Part shown: positions 1-9,823 of the stretch, piece after piece | Layout of the letters: the number at the start of each line of letters is the position of its first letter | Position numbering within the stretch: position 1 is the first letter of the stretch | NCBI GenBank assembly: GCA_034530875.2 | Contig: JAVRCJ020000035.1 | Span: 1 to 64,000 of the forward strand | DNA: 64,000 bases | Reading direction: 5' to 3' | DNA from: Nostoc sp. DedSLP01 | Lineage (GTDB): Bacteria > Cyanobacteriota > Cyanobacteriia > Cyanobacteriales > Nostocaceae | Position numbers and translations under genes: made by a program | The notes under the pieces: generated by a model | What the model was told of the DNA's origin: nothing | Databases searched by the model: none | Seen by the model: only the letters and a program-made list of their open reading frames with translations

Positions 1-74
1 ATTGCTGCTCTCTACAATTACGAGCTTCATCTCTCCCAAACCGAATTTACCTAAGTGACTTTTGCAAGAGGTCT
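1..74 (+). mobile_element. Right end of an IS5-family (ISL2/IS702-like) insertion sequence: transposase C-terminus plus terminal inverted repeat
   Basis: Frame 1, nt 1-54, reads IAALYNYELHLSQTEFT*, resembling the '...NLIAxxYNYEL' end of ISL2-group transposases. It is followed at 57-74 by GACTTTTGCAAGAGGTCT, a typical cyanobacterial IS end. Confidence 0.7.
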
Positions 75-359
75 AATGACTTAATTAAAGATGAAGCTTG
101 CCCCATACCTCCAGATTTAGTTATTGAAATTATCTCTCCCGACCAAACTTTTGGAGAAATGAGTGCAAAAGCTACAAATTATCTCAATGCAGGTGTGATG
201 AGAGTTTGGGTTGTGGATGCAAAAGCTAAAACAGTCACTATTTTTTATCCTGATGCCCGACCTCAAACAAAAAGCGGTGCAGATATTTTAGAAGATTCGC
301 TGCTTGAAGGACTGCAAATTACAGCCGAACAAATTTTTCAACAAGCAGGAATTACATAA
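75..359 (+). pseudogene. Uma2-family (PD-(D/E)XK-like) protein, C-terminal part left after IS insertion
   Basis: The frame of ORF 159..359 extends upstream as NDLIKDEACPIPPDLVIEIISPDQ (Uma2 P-D-L-x-I-E-I-x-S motif) and abuts the IS end. Confidence 0.75.
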
Positions 360-362
360 AAA

Positions 363-393
363 CAGAATTCAGAATTCAGAATTCAGAATTCAG
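363..393 (+). repeat. STRR heptamer tract (CAGAATT)n
   Basis: Four tandem CAGAATT units; the same unit recurs near 30050-30080. Confidence 0.9.
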
Positions 394-422
394 TAGCCAG
401 AATTAATTAGTTAAGAGCTAAA

Positions 423-941
423 CTTACATTACCAGAACACGAACGAGTTAAAGTTATTATTGGCAACTTGGTAAAAGTTTTGCTAGATGAACTCAATTTA
501 AGTTGGGAATCTTTAGGTTCAACTACCTTGAAACGAAAAGATACAAGTGCAGGTCTTGAACCTGATGATTGTTTTTATATTCAAAATTATCAGCTAATGA
601 TTGGCAAAGACATAATCGACTTAACTGTTGACCCTCCTCCTGATTTGGCAATTGAGATTGATGTCACTTCTAAAACCAAAATTAGTGCATATCAGGCTTT
701 GAAAGTACCTGAAATTTGCCGGTATGAAAAGAAAATTCTCGAAATTAACTTGTCGCAAGGCGAACAATATATTAAGTCACAAACAAGCCCTACATTTCCT
801 CATTTTCAGATTACAAAATTGATTCCGTAATTTGTGGAAATGGCACGAACTACAGGAACAAGTTCAGCAATCAGAAAATTTCGGCAATGGGTAAAAGAAC
901 AGATACAAGATAGAGAAACTGAAAAATTAAGCAAATTTTAG
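423..941 (+). pseudogene. Second Uma2-family gene, 5'-truncated, with an in-frame stop
   Basis: LPEHERVK...GLEPDDCFYIQN...PPPDLAIEIDVTS motifs. TAA at 828-830 is followed in frame by FVEMARTTGTSSAIRKFRQWV, a normal Uma2 C-terminus, ending at TAG 939-941. No N-terminal region is present. Confidence 0.8.
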
Positions 942-1134
942 ATGTAAATTTTCAGATTTTGAATTATTCTATCGATAAATGAATGAAAACAGGAGCTTTT
1001 GAAAAGTATAAACAAAAAAACTAAAATTTAAAGTTTGCATGATTAAAAGTTAAAATTAAAAAACTTCTGTAATTCAATATTTATTTTGTTAATCTGCATT
1101 GAATTGCAAAACGGAGAATTAATCTAAAGTAATT

Positions 1135-2076
1135 GTGACTGAATTTCATTTACAAATCCAAGAAAATAGTAATGGCGCGGGAGTTCGTCTTGATCGGTAT
1201 CTTTCGCAAGAATTACCAGATTTATCTCGTTCCCGCATCCAACAGTTAATCGAAGAAGGTAATGTCCAACTTAATGGCAAGGTTTGTATATCTAAAAAGA
1301 TTAATGTTAAAGTAGGCGATCGCATTACTCTAGAAATCCCAGAAGCCCAACCTTTAGAACTGCAAGCAGAAGATATCCCCCTAGATATCCTCTACGAAGA
1401 TGACCAGTTACTCATTCTCAATAAACCCGCAGGCTTAGTTGTCCATCCCGCACCCGGTCATCCAGATGGTACTCTAGTAAATGCTCTGTTGGCACACTGT
1501 CCCAATTTACCAGGAATTGGCGGAGTCCAACGTCCGGGAATTGTGCATCGCTTGGATAAGGATACAACAGGAGCGATCGCGATCGCCAAAACAGAACTTG
1601 CCCATCATCACCTCCAAGCACAACTCAAAGCCAAAACTGCACGCCGAGAATACTTAGGTGTAGTTTACGGTGCGCCGAAAGCTGAAAGCGGCACAATTGA
1701 CTTACCTATCGGTCGCCACCCCCAAGACCGCAAGAAAATGGCTATCCTACCCGTTGAACAAGGTGGACGACCAGCCGTGACTCATTGGCGAGTCCTAGAA
1801 CGCCTCGGTAATTACACATTAATCCACTTTCAACTAGAAACCGGACGCACCCATCAAATTCGCGTCCACAGCGCCAAAATCGGTCATCCCATTGTTGGCG
1901 ACCCTGTTTATGGTTCTGGTCGTTCGGTAGGAGTAAACTTGCCAGGTCAAGCACTCCACGCTTGGCGACTGAAATTACAGCATCCTATATCTGGAGAGAT
2001 GATTGAGGTCACAGCAACTCCTCCCGCCCAATTTACCAAACTTGTGGAGATTCTAAAAAAACGAATTGCACTGTAA
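1135..2076 (+). CDS. rluD: RluA/RluD-family 23S rRNA pseudouridine synthase
   Basis: S4-like N-terminus (RLDRYL...SRSRIQ), NKPAGLVVHP, catalytic HRLDKDTTG, GRTHQIRVH, QALHA. Confidence 0.9.
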   Translation: MTEFHLQIQENSNGAGVRLDRYLSQELPDLSRSRIQQLIEEGNVQLNGKVCISKKINVKVGDRITLEIPEAQPLELQAEDIPLDILYEDDQLLILNKPAGLVVHPAPGHPDGTLVNALLAHCPNLPGIGGVQRPGIVHRLDKDTTGAIAIAKTELAHHHLQAQLKAKTARREYLGVVYGAPKAESGTIDLPIGRHPQDRKKMAILPVEQGGRPAVTHWRVLERLGNYTLIHFQLETGRTHQIRVHSAKIGHPIVGDPVYGSGRSVGVNLPGQALHAWRLKLQHPISGEMIEVTATPPAQFTKLVEILKKRIAL

Positions 2077-2081
2077 TGATA

Positions 2082-2186
2082 TATAGCTGTAGCCAGATAT
2101 GTTAGGACATTTTCAAAGCTTGAATGCTGAGAATAGTAAGACTTAGCCTCCTGCCTTCTGCCTTCTGCCTCCTGCCTCCTGCTATA
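2082..2186. repeat. MITE-like element with TATAGC...GCTATA ends containing (CTGCCTT/C)n STRR
   Basis: Short inverted termini enclosing tandem heptamers. Confidence 0.5.
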
Positions 2187-2326
2187 TAAACGACTAGCGT
2201 GCATCAGACATGGGATTGAGTCTGTTTCACTAGTTATACCTAAATGAAACTCCTACTTAACCCAGGACTAATGCACGCTATCAAATAATCAAACAGATGT
2301 AGTAGTTAGCCGTTAAGCAAAAATCG

Positions 2327-3094
2327 TTATTTGATTCCTGCTATTTGGCGATAAGGTACAGATTTTTCAATGTCAATGTTGAATGACGAAACCCTTTGTG
2401 GAGCATTGCCAGTTGCATTGATACTCTGTGCCAAAGCCAAGAAGTTTGCTGGATCGCCAGCTTTGGGCTTCTGTTCTTGGGGGATGAACCGACGCACTTC
2501 CACCTGCCAAATAATTTGGGGGAAGCCCAATTTAGAACGGTAGTAGTCGTCATAGCGCGGAGATTTGATGTTGAAAGGCAACTCACCTTGAGCGCGAGAT
2601 GGTAGGACTCTACGACGTTGGTAAGGCACTGTAGAGTATCCAAAATTGCTCAAGTACTCTTCAGAGTCGAGTATTTGATCGATAAAGCCTTTAATACCCT
2701 TGGTAGCAACTACAATCGACCAAGCGATTTTTTCGCGTTCGTTGTAGACGTCGCGTCCTAGAACTCGCTGTACTACTTGCTCAACAAAGCGGTAGTTGCT
2801 GTTGAGGTCGTAAAAGCTTCTCTTAAAGGTATTAGAAAGCACCAATCCACGAACAAAATCCCGTACTGTAATTTGTCCGTTACGGAGTTGGGATTCTAAG
2901 TATGTTTCGCGATCGGCAGCAAACGCATAGAAGAAAAGTTGACGATATGCTGCTTCGATCAGATCGTTAAAATCTGAGGGAGAAAGCAGATTGTCTGTAG
3001 AAAAAATTCTGGGTTGTTCGTCACCCGGTACTTCGTATGCTTCTACACGCTGGTTTTGACTTGAAGGTGCGTATTCTAACAGAGGAAGTGTCAC
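2327..3094 (-). CDS. cpcG: Phycobilisome rod-core linker polypeptide CpcG (no internal Met, no Cys)
   Basis: [16 protein letters not shown]-terminus, [15 protein letters not shown] and VPYQRRR motifs. The hydrophilic C-terminus points to CpcG rather than CpcL. GTG start after GGAGG. Confidence 0.92.
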   Translation of the reverse strand: MTLPLLEYAPSSQNQRVEAYEVPGDEQPRIFSTDNLLSPSDFNDLIEAAYRQLFFYAFAADRETYLESQLRNGQITVRDFVRGLVLSNTFKRSFYDLNSNYRFVEQVVQRVLGRDVYNEREKIAWSIVVATKGIKGFIDQILDSEEYLSNFGYSTVPYQRRRVLPSRAQGELPFNIKSPRYDDYYRSKLGFPQIIWQVEVRRFIPQEQKPKAGDPANFLALAQSINATGNAPQRVSSFNIDIEKSVPYRQIAGIK

Positions 3095-3572
3095 TCTAAA
3101 GCCTCCATGCTCTTAACTAAAGTTAACAACTTTAAATCACATATTAAGGGACGTAGTTGGATCGGGAGATCGGATTCTGATAAAGTTTCACGAAACTTAA
3201 CCAAGAGTGCTTATTTATTCGCAAGAAATAGCGCTGAGACTGCTGTATGCAACCCAGTGCTAGTTTCAGCAATGGAATGCGACTTCGAGCTTAATGACTT
3301 GGTGTATCTCTTAACACTGTTGCAAAGGATACAGTGTAGGTTCTCAGCTAATCCAGCTATTATTTAGGATATGCTGACGCTCACTTTCAAGTCCAGTAAA
3401 TGCCCTAGCGCAGATTATCAATTTATTACCCGATCGCTTTTTTTGAATTTAGCTAAATGTAAGTAGAAGCTTTGTTCACATAATTCAGATTAGGAGATTC
3501 AGTTTCACTTTTTTGAACTGAGGCAATATTTTTTAACATTTCGTAAACGAAATTAATGAAGAATTGGGAATG

Positions 3573-3670
3573 GGGCAAGCAGGAGGTGTGGGAGATGTGG
3601 GAGATGTGGGAGGATAGGGAAGAAATCTTTCCCCCCACACTCCCCACACTTCCCCATCTCCTGCTTGCCC
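3573..3670 (-). repeat. Dispersed G-rich/C-rich hairpin repeat, copy 1 (core GGGGGGAAAGATTTCTTCCC)
   Basis: Same core and arms as the copies at about 32530 and 55230. Confidence 0.85.
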
Positions 3671-3684
3671 CCTCTCCCCACTCC

Positions 3685-4239
3685 CTATTCCCCACTCCCT
3701 TTACCTATCCAAAATTCCAGGGGATCTATGGTTGACTGACAGTAAGGCCAGCTACGCAATGTTGCTTCCATTCCAGGTTGCCAATAAGGGGGTTCTAATC
3801 CCAGTCCTAAACACAGATGAGACAGAATATTAGCAAACTGCTGATTGTGGCCATAGTCTCCTACATGGGCATGAGCGTATTCATGGACGACGATACCGAA
3901 CCAGTCTTTGGGTGCAACTCGACCGACATCTACCAAAATGGTGATTGGGTTTGTGAGAATGTTGCACAGACCGTCAATACCAAAGGATTGAGCGATGGGT
4001 GCTGCAAAAATTTGGATATGGCGGCGCTCTTGGGGATGAAAGCACTGATGACAGGCTTCCAAATACATGTTGATGTGAGCGTTAACGGTGTTAATGTTTT
4101 TGCCGATCCAAGTGCAAATCGCAATGCGATCGCGCTCTTTATCGAATACATCCACCATACCCGGTTCTAGAGCCAATCCCTGTACCAGACGTAGATAATC
4201 TCGCCCACGAGTAAAAGCATCGGTCTGCTTCAGAATCAT
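3685..4239 (-). CDS. Hypothetical SprT-like/zincin metallopeptidase-domain protein
   Basis: HEYAHAHVGDYGHNQQF matches HExxH...GHxxxF; the start directly abuts the cpcS stop. Confidence 0.6.
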   Translation of the reverse strand: MILKQTDAFTRGRDYLRLVQGLALEPGMVDVFDKERDRIAICTWIGKNINTVNAHINMYLEACHQCFHPQERRHIQIFAAPIAQSFGIDGLCNILTNPITILVDVGRVAPKDWFGIVVHEYAHAHVGDYGHNQQFANILSHLCLGLGLEPPYWQPGMEATLRSWPYCQSTIDPLEFWIGKGSGE

Positions 4240-4836
4240 TCACCAGCCTAAAACTGAATAAAACTGTTGTTTAGAAGTTACCTCTTGCGTATTGGAAGCT
4301 TCTGTAGAAGCGTCAATACGGGTTTCAGTGCAAAACGATGCGGTGCTGAAGCCACCAAAGCGTTTGACTGTACTGCTTCGTAGTCTCATATTTGGGCTGG
4401 CGAACCAAAATCGCTCAATGGAACTCATGGTTTCGTATTCGGTTGTCAACACTAGCCCATCTTCATCATCCATGTGAAAAAGACCGACTACAGGCACAAT
4501 TTCCGCGTAGCCTCTTTCCCGCAGCAATCTGCCTTGTCTTGGGTTATCGGCATCAGGCACGATCGCAAATATAGTTTTTCCTTGATGATTTTCCTCACCC
4601 TCTCTATCCCAAGCCATTGTGCCTAGCCAGCGCACCCGCGACCCTCCTACTGAAAGACTGGGGTCAATCTGATGATACTGGCATAGCTCGATGATTTCTG
4701 GATGGTCGGCAGCCAGAGTTTCTACTTCTATATCAGATTCTCCCGTTTCTGAGCGCTTGAACGCCAGGTGATGAGTTGCACGTTGCGATCGCCATTTACC
4801 AGCACTTAGCTGAAAAAATTCCATTGCGTCTATCAA
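4240..4836 (-). CDS. cpcS: S/U-type phycobiliprotein lyase (CpcS, CpcS-I-like)
   Basis: EFFQLSAGKWRSQRATHHL, LLRERGYAEIVPV, ERFWFASPNMRLR and KRFGGF motifs. Confidence 0.85.
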   Translation of the reverse strand: MIDAMEFFQLSAGKWRSQRATHHLAFKRSETGESDIEVETLAADHPEIIELCQYHQIDPSLSVGGSRVRWLGTMAWDREGEENHQGKTIFAIVPDADNPRQGRLLRERGYAEIVPVVGLFHMDDEDGLVLTTEYETMSSIERFWFASPNMRLRSSTVKRFGGFSTASFCTETRIDASTEASNTQEVTSKQQFYSVLGW

Positions 4837-4990
4837 TCTTGTGACTCCTACTTTTGACTCCTGCGGATGATGTTTAGCTTGTTTTTTGTTTTTAAAGTTA
4901 TTGGTATATAAACATTCTAAACATTACAGCCATCAGTAGTTTGCTTCAATAACCTCCTGAGAAAGGAACAGAAAAACATGTTTTATCTTA

Positions 4991-5008
4991 TATGTAAATT
5001 TTTGTTAT
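4991..5008 (-). promoter_or_regulatory. HLR1-like (RpaB) direct repeat in the divergent cpcS/nblA region
   Basis: Minus strand ATAACAAA-AA-TTTACATA versus consensus (G/T)TTACA(T/A)(T/A)-N2 repeat. Confidence 0.4.
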
Positions 5009-5155
5009 GTTAACTTATCATCACTTGACAAGATGGACGTCTTAATATCTCAATGCTATACTTATATAAAGTGATATATACCACAGGCTACGCGAATCAT
5101 TTACAGGATCGGTAACAAAAAACACTTCTATTTAGTCAATTAGAGGAGGAATCCT

Positions 5156-5323
5156 ATGGAATTTCCTATCGAATTAACCTTAGAGCAACAGTTTCGCTTA
5201 CAAAACTTGAAAGAACAGGTAAAGAATTTAAGTCAAGAACAGGCTCAGGAATTCTTGTTAGAAGTTTTACGGCAGATGATGGTGAAAGATAATTTAGTCA
5301 AACATCTGCTCAAACAAGCCTAA
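5156..5323 (+). CDS. nblA: Phycobilisome degradation adaptor NblA, 55 aa (absent from the ORF track)
   Basis: Hand translation MEFPIELTLEQQFRLQNLKEQVKNLSQEQAQEFLLEVLRQMMVKDNLVKHLLKQA has the L(S/T)LEQQF and QMMxKDN hallmarks; GAGGAGG RBS upstream. Confidence 0.93.
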   Translation: MEFPIELTLEQQFRLQNLKEQVKNLSQEQAQEFLLEVLRQMMVKDNLVKHLLKQA

Positions 5324-5347
5324 GCCACAAAAAAAAGAATATTTTCC

Positions 5348-5388
5348 TTAAGACTTACGCTGTGGCTGCATAAGTCTTAATTTTTTTT
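5348..5388 (+). terminator. Intrinsic terminator after nblA
   Basis: TTAAGACTTA...TAAGTCTTAA stem followed by T8. Confidence 0.7.
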
Positions 5389-5516
5389 GGGGGAGTAGGG
5401 AGTGGGGAGGTGGGGGAGGTGTGGGAGGTGTGGGAGGTGTGGGAGGTGTGGGAGCAGAGGGCAGGGGAAAACTAATGGCTAATAACCAATGACTAATGAC
5501 CAATGACTAATGACTA
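5389..5516 (+). repeat. STRR tracts (GGGAGGTGT nonamers, then AATGACT/C heptamers) upstream of cpeB
   Basis: Direct tandem repeats visible in the sequence. Confidence 0.85.
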
Positions 5517-5520
5517 AAAT

Positions 5521-5538
5521 ATTACAGATTATTACTTT
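5521..5538 (+). promoter_or_regulatory. HLR1-like (RpaB) direct repeat upstream of cpeB
   Basis: ATTACAGA-TT-ATTACTTT; a candidate -10 (TACTAT) lies at about 5563. Confidence 0.4.
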
Positions 5539-5653
5539 CTCTCTCATAGAAAAGACTAGAGTACTATTAATCCCCTATGTTTTTGTTTGGCTACTCGGAT
5601 TTGATCTGACGAGACGACGCCGAAAAATAATATCCGCCATTTGTGAATATTAA

Positions 5654-6220
<567 letters not shown>

Positions 6221-6294
6221 TAGCTCATAGTTAACGGCTATTTAGCCAAACGAACGTGAAATCAAAACTCGATCAAATCTCATCTGGAGTATAA

Positions 6295-6795
<501 letters not shown>

Positions 6796-6838
6796 TAGGC
6801 AGATTGATTAGCCTAGTGATGGTTGCACTCTAAAAACT

Positions 6839-6897
6839 AGGGACTCTTGGTCTATTGCTTTGCCTAGATGAGGTTGAGCAATCGACTTAGAGTCCCT
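6839..6897 (+). terminator. Long stem-loop after cpeA (terminator or mRNA stabiliser)
   Basis: AGGGACTCT...AGAGTCCCT outer stem with an inner ATTGCT/AGCAAT pair. Confidence 0.6.
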
Positions 6898-7038
6898 CAG
6901 TTGTTGTTGAAAGAATTCAGAACTCAGGAGTCAGAATTCAACAGTTAGGAGTGATACTAAGTTGCGTTCAAATAGAATATTTATACTCCCTACTTGCAAC
7001 CAAAATTAGTATCTTTGACTAGAACTTAAGTTTTTCTT

Positions 7039-7647
7039 ATGACGATAGATTCTCTATTTGAACAGTTGAAACACCCTAACCCAAATTTGCGGGAACGAGC
7101 TATGTGGCAACTGGCCGAAGCCCGCGATGAAAATACTATTCCTCGATTGATGAGTATTTTAGATGACGAAGATGTGACTTATCGTCGAGCTGCGGTCAAG
7201 GCATTGGGTGCCATTGGTGTAGATGCTGTGCCAGCGCTGGTGGAGGCATTGCTCAATAGTGATAACGCCACCGTTCGCGGTAGTTGTGCTAAAGCCTTGG
7301 CACAAGTAGCTGCCAACCATCCAGATGTACCCTTCCCAGAAGAGGGCTTACAGGGATTAAAAACAGCACTTAACGATGAAAATGGTGTTGTGTACATCGC
7401 ATCTGTGATGGCTTTGGGTGAGATTGGCTCTCCCGCCTTTGAAATTTTAACTGAAGCTTTGAAAACTACAGATAATGTTGCCGTAGCTGTGGCGATTGTC
7501 AATGCACTCGGTTCAATGGGCGATGTGCGAGGGGTGGAAGTGCTGACAGCATTGACTAACGATGAAACTGTCGATTCTTATGTTCGGGAGTCAGCGGTGA
7601 GTGCTTTACCTCGATTGGATCAGGTGATTAAATATAGCAGAAAATAG
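7039..7647 (+). CDS. cpeZ: HEAT-repeat phycoerythrin lyase chaperone CpeZ
   Basis: LFEQLKHPNPNLRERAM and YRRAAVKALGAIG HEAT repeats; 202 aa; directly after cpeA. Confidence 0.85.
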   Translation: MTIDSLFEQLKHPNPNLRERAMWQLAEARDENTIPRLMSILDDEDVTYRRAAVKALGAIGVDAVPALVEALLNSDNATVRGSCAKALAQVAANHPDVPFPEEGLQGLKTALNDENGVVYIASVMALGEIGSPAFEILTEALKTTDNVAVAVAIVNALGSMGDVRGVEVLTALTNDETVDSYVRESAVSALPRLDQVIKYSRK

Positions 7648-7781
7648 CGAACGCTTTTAAATAATTCGTAATTCCTAATTTTCGGCGAAACACCATATTA
7701 AATTGTCAAATTGGCGATTTTGAATTAGTTGGAAATAAATTCTAAATTGATTGAATTACGAATTACGAATTATTTTAAGCC

Positions 7782-8690
7782 CTATTCCCAAGCATCTTCC
7801 TCTAACTGCCTCTCAATTTGAGAAATGGCTAATTTAATCACTGCTTGAACTCCTGGTTCCTGTTCTTTGGTCAATGCTGTTTGCAGAGGTTCTAAAGCTA
7901 CACCATCGCCAATTTTCATCAATGCCAAAGCTGCGGCTTTTCGAGTTTCCAAATCGGAATGGTGCAATAATTCGACGAGTTTGGGAATCGCTCCTTGATG
8001 GGCTAAACTGCCCAAAGCTACAGCCGCTTCACAACGCACGATTTGAAATTCATCGCTCAGGGCGTTAATCAAAGTTTGAAACGCCTCTGGCTCTGTGCGT
8101 TCTTCAGCAATTTTAGCGATCGCTCCTACCACAGCCGCCCTAACTTCCGGCGAGTCAGAGTTAATTTCCCGATACAAGTATTCCTTTGCTTCGGCTCCAA
8201 TAAATGACAATGCCCAGACTGCATATCCTTTGGCGCTTTCTGGATATTTGGATGAAGCTAAGATTTCCAATAATGCTGGCACAGCAGCCTCACCAATCTT
8301 CGCCAGCGCTCCCACTGACGAGCCTTTGACTACCGTATCCTCATCATTTAATAGAGCATTCACCAAAGTCGGAACAGCGATCGGATCGCCAATCAGTGTC
8401 AGAGTTTTAGTACTAGCTCGGCGTACAACAGGGTTTGGATGGTTTGCTACGGCTTCCATTAACAACGGAGTTACGGGCTTACCAACTTTACCCAGTGCCT
8501 CTGCAAAACTCAAACGTACCATTCCCCGTGAATCCCCCATACTCTCAATCATCTGTTTGAGGATTTTTTGGTCATCAGGGTTGAAGGTATTTTGATTTAA
8601 TTGCTCGCTGACTGCTGCAAGTAAAGCATCAGTTTCCGCGTGGGATAGCTGAATTGAGCTTTCCCTCGACTGAGTTTCAAAGTTGACCAT
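7782..8690 (-). CDS. cpeF: E/F-type HEAT-repeat bilin lyase, CpeF/MpeV family (beta Cys50/61 site)
   Basis: MGDSRGMVRLSFAEALG and HPNPVVRRASTKTLTLI motifs; about 300 aa. Confidence 0.75.
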   Translation of the reverse strand: MVNFETQSRESSIQLSHAETDALLAAVSEQLNQNTFNPDDQKILKQMIESMGDSRGMVRLSFAEALGKVGKPVTPLLMEAVANHPNPVVRRASTKTLTLIGDPIAVPTLVNALLNDEDTVVKGSSVGALAKIGEAAVPALLEILASSKYPESAKGYAVWALSFIGAEAKEYLYREINSDSPEVRAAVVGAIAKIAEERTEPEAFQTLINALSDEFQIVRCEAAVALGSLAHQGAIPKLVELLHHSDLETRKAAALALMKIGDGVALEPLQTALTKEQEPGVQAVIKLAISQIERQLEEDAWE

Positions 8691-8767
8691 GTGAATTAGG
8701 GAATGGGGAGTGGGGAATGGTTAAAGGTTTTGACAGTTTTAAATTGCTTAAAACTTGCCTTGTTTTA

Positions 8768-9004
8768 CTAGTTAGTTGCAGTGAGAGCAGCTTGGCGATC
8801 GCGCAGTTCTTGGAGCGCGGCGTCAATTTTGGCAAGCTCAGGCTCTAATTTTGCCATGACGCTTACCCTCATCAATTTGGCGCGTTTTGCTGTTTCTGTG
8901 GTTTCCTGGACTAAACGCTCTCGATATTTCTCAAGTTCTGCAATCACTTCTGCAATGTCTTCAGTGGTTACATCATTTGTTGTCTGTTCTAAATTTTCAT
9001 CCAT
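8768..9004 (-). CDS. Small coiled-coil hypothetical protein of cyanobacterial type
   Basis: EVIAELEKYRERL...AKRAKLM...LEPELAKIDAAL; helical, protein-like composition; co-oriented with cpeF. Confidence 0.7.
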   Translation of the reverse strand: MDENLEQTTNDVTTEDIAEVIAELEKYRERLVQETTETAKRAKLMRVSVMAKLEPELAKIDAALQELRDRQAALTATN

Positions 9005-9219
9005 AACTTTTGTTTTCTTTAGTTGTATTTATGATGATTTTTTGCCAGCGATCGCTACTTTTTCCAGACTGTTAGTTGTCTATATACATAGAAAGTAACT
9101 CTTGTCAAGAAATAACTAATAGCTGACATAAAGATACATTCCGATCTTCTCAGATTGGGTTACCACTGGTAAAGCTTTTTGGGGGAAATTTTCAAAATGC
9201 GATCGCTTTTGTGTTGACT

Positions 9220-9372
9220 GTCGCTAGGAGCCTCAAATTGATGTAATTTTTTTATCAAGGGAGTAAAGCCGCGTCCGTCCAATCTGGCAACTATCTAAAG
9301 TCCAGGTAGCACGCAATAATCGGGATCTGGTTCATATACTCAGATTTTGCGATCGAGTTCATCAAACTTAAT
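9220..9372 (-). pseudogene. Thg1-like (tRNA-His guanylyltransferase-like, TLP) 5' remnant
   Basis: Hand translation IKFDELDRKI*VYEPDPDYCVLPGL*IVARLDGRGFTPLIKKLHQFEAP contains the RLDGRGF motif; start is ATT and there are two stops. Confidence 0.8.
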
Positions 9373-9811
9373 GTTGCCATTCCTCAATCGCAAATGAAGA
9401 ATTTAAATTATTTTTCACTGAATAAATAGTATTAAATCCTTCTTCCCAACTTGGTAAAACTAGCTTTTTGTAAGTTGCTATTAGCCCCACTAAAGGGACG
9501 ATTTGTTCGTGAGGTCTTTGACTATTCCGTTGCTTACATTCTTCTAATTTAGAGTCAAAGTAGTAACCTAATACCCGAAAGCCTTTGTCTTTTGCTGGAA
9601 TAATGTATCGCTTTCTTTCCTCCACAGTCGGGTTAGTATTATCTACCACAAAAGGCTGTTTAGCTTTCAAACAGGCTTCGAGAAGAATCTGTTCTCGATG
9701 GCGAGTTTTAAGCATATCTAGATTCAGGCGGATATGGGTATTAAAAAACTGCGTGCGATAAAAGGTAGACTTACCTGCTCCCTGGATTCCTATAAAAATA
9801 ATGGCTTCCAT
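9368..9811 (-). CDS. AAA_33/polynucleotide-kinase-like P-loop protein
   Basis: GIQGAGKST Walker A and VVDNTN motif; a typical partner of TLP genes. Confidence 0.8.
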   Translation of the reverse strand: MEAIIFIGIQGAGKSTFYRTQFFNTHIRLNLDMLKTRHREQILLEACLKAKQPFVVDNTNPTVEERKRYIIPAKDKGFRVLGYYFDSKLEECKQRNSQRPHEQIVPLVGLIATYKKLVLPSWEEGFNTIYSVKNNLNSSFAIEEWQH

Positions 9812-9823
9812 TTTTCCATACCT

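Noticed and set aside
3453..3695. ORF-track peptides rich in WG/PHT (also 32370-32731 and 55011-55435)
   Set aside because: They are translations of the dispersed hairpin/STRR repeat, not genes.
5070..5085. CRP/NtcA-like palindrome AGTGATATATACCACA upstream of nblA
   Set aside because: Two mismatches to either consensus; cannot be distinguished from chance.
5389..5516. Possible CRISPR array in tandem repeats (also 62229-62351)
   Set aside because: 7-9-nt units with no unique spacers and no cas genes; these are STRRs.
7179..8595. Long antisense ORFs over cpeZ/cpeF (likewise over asparaginase, crtO-like and hsp20 genes)
   Set aside because: Shadow frames of well-supported genes.
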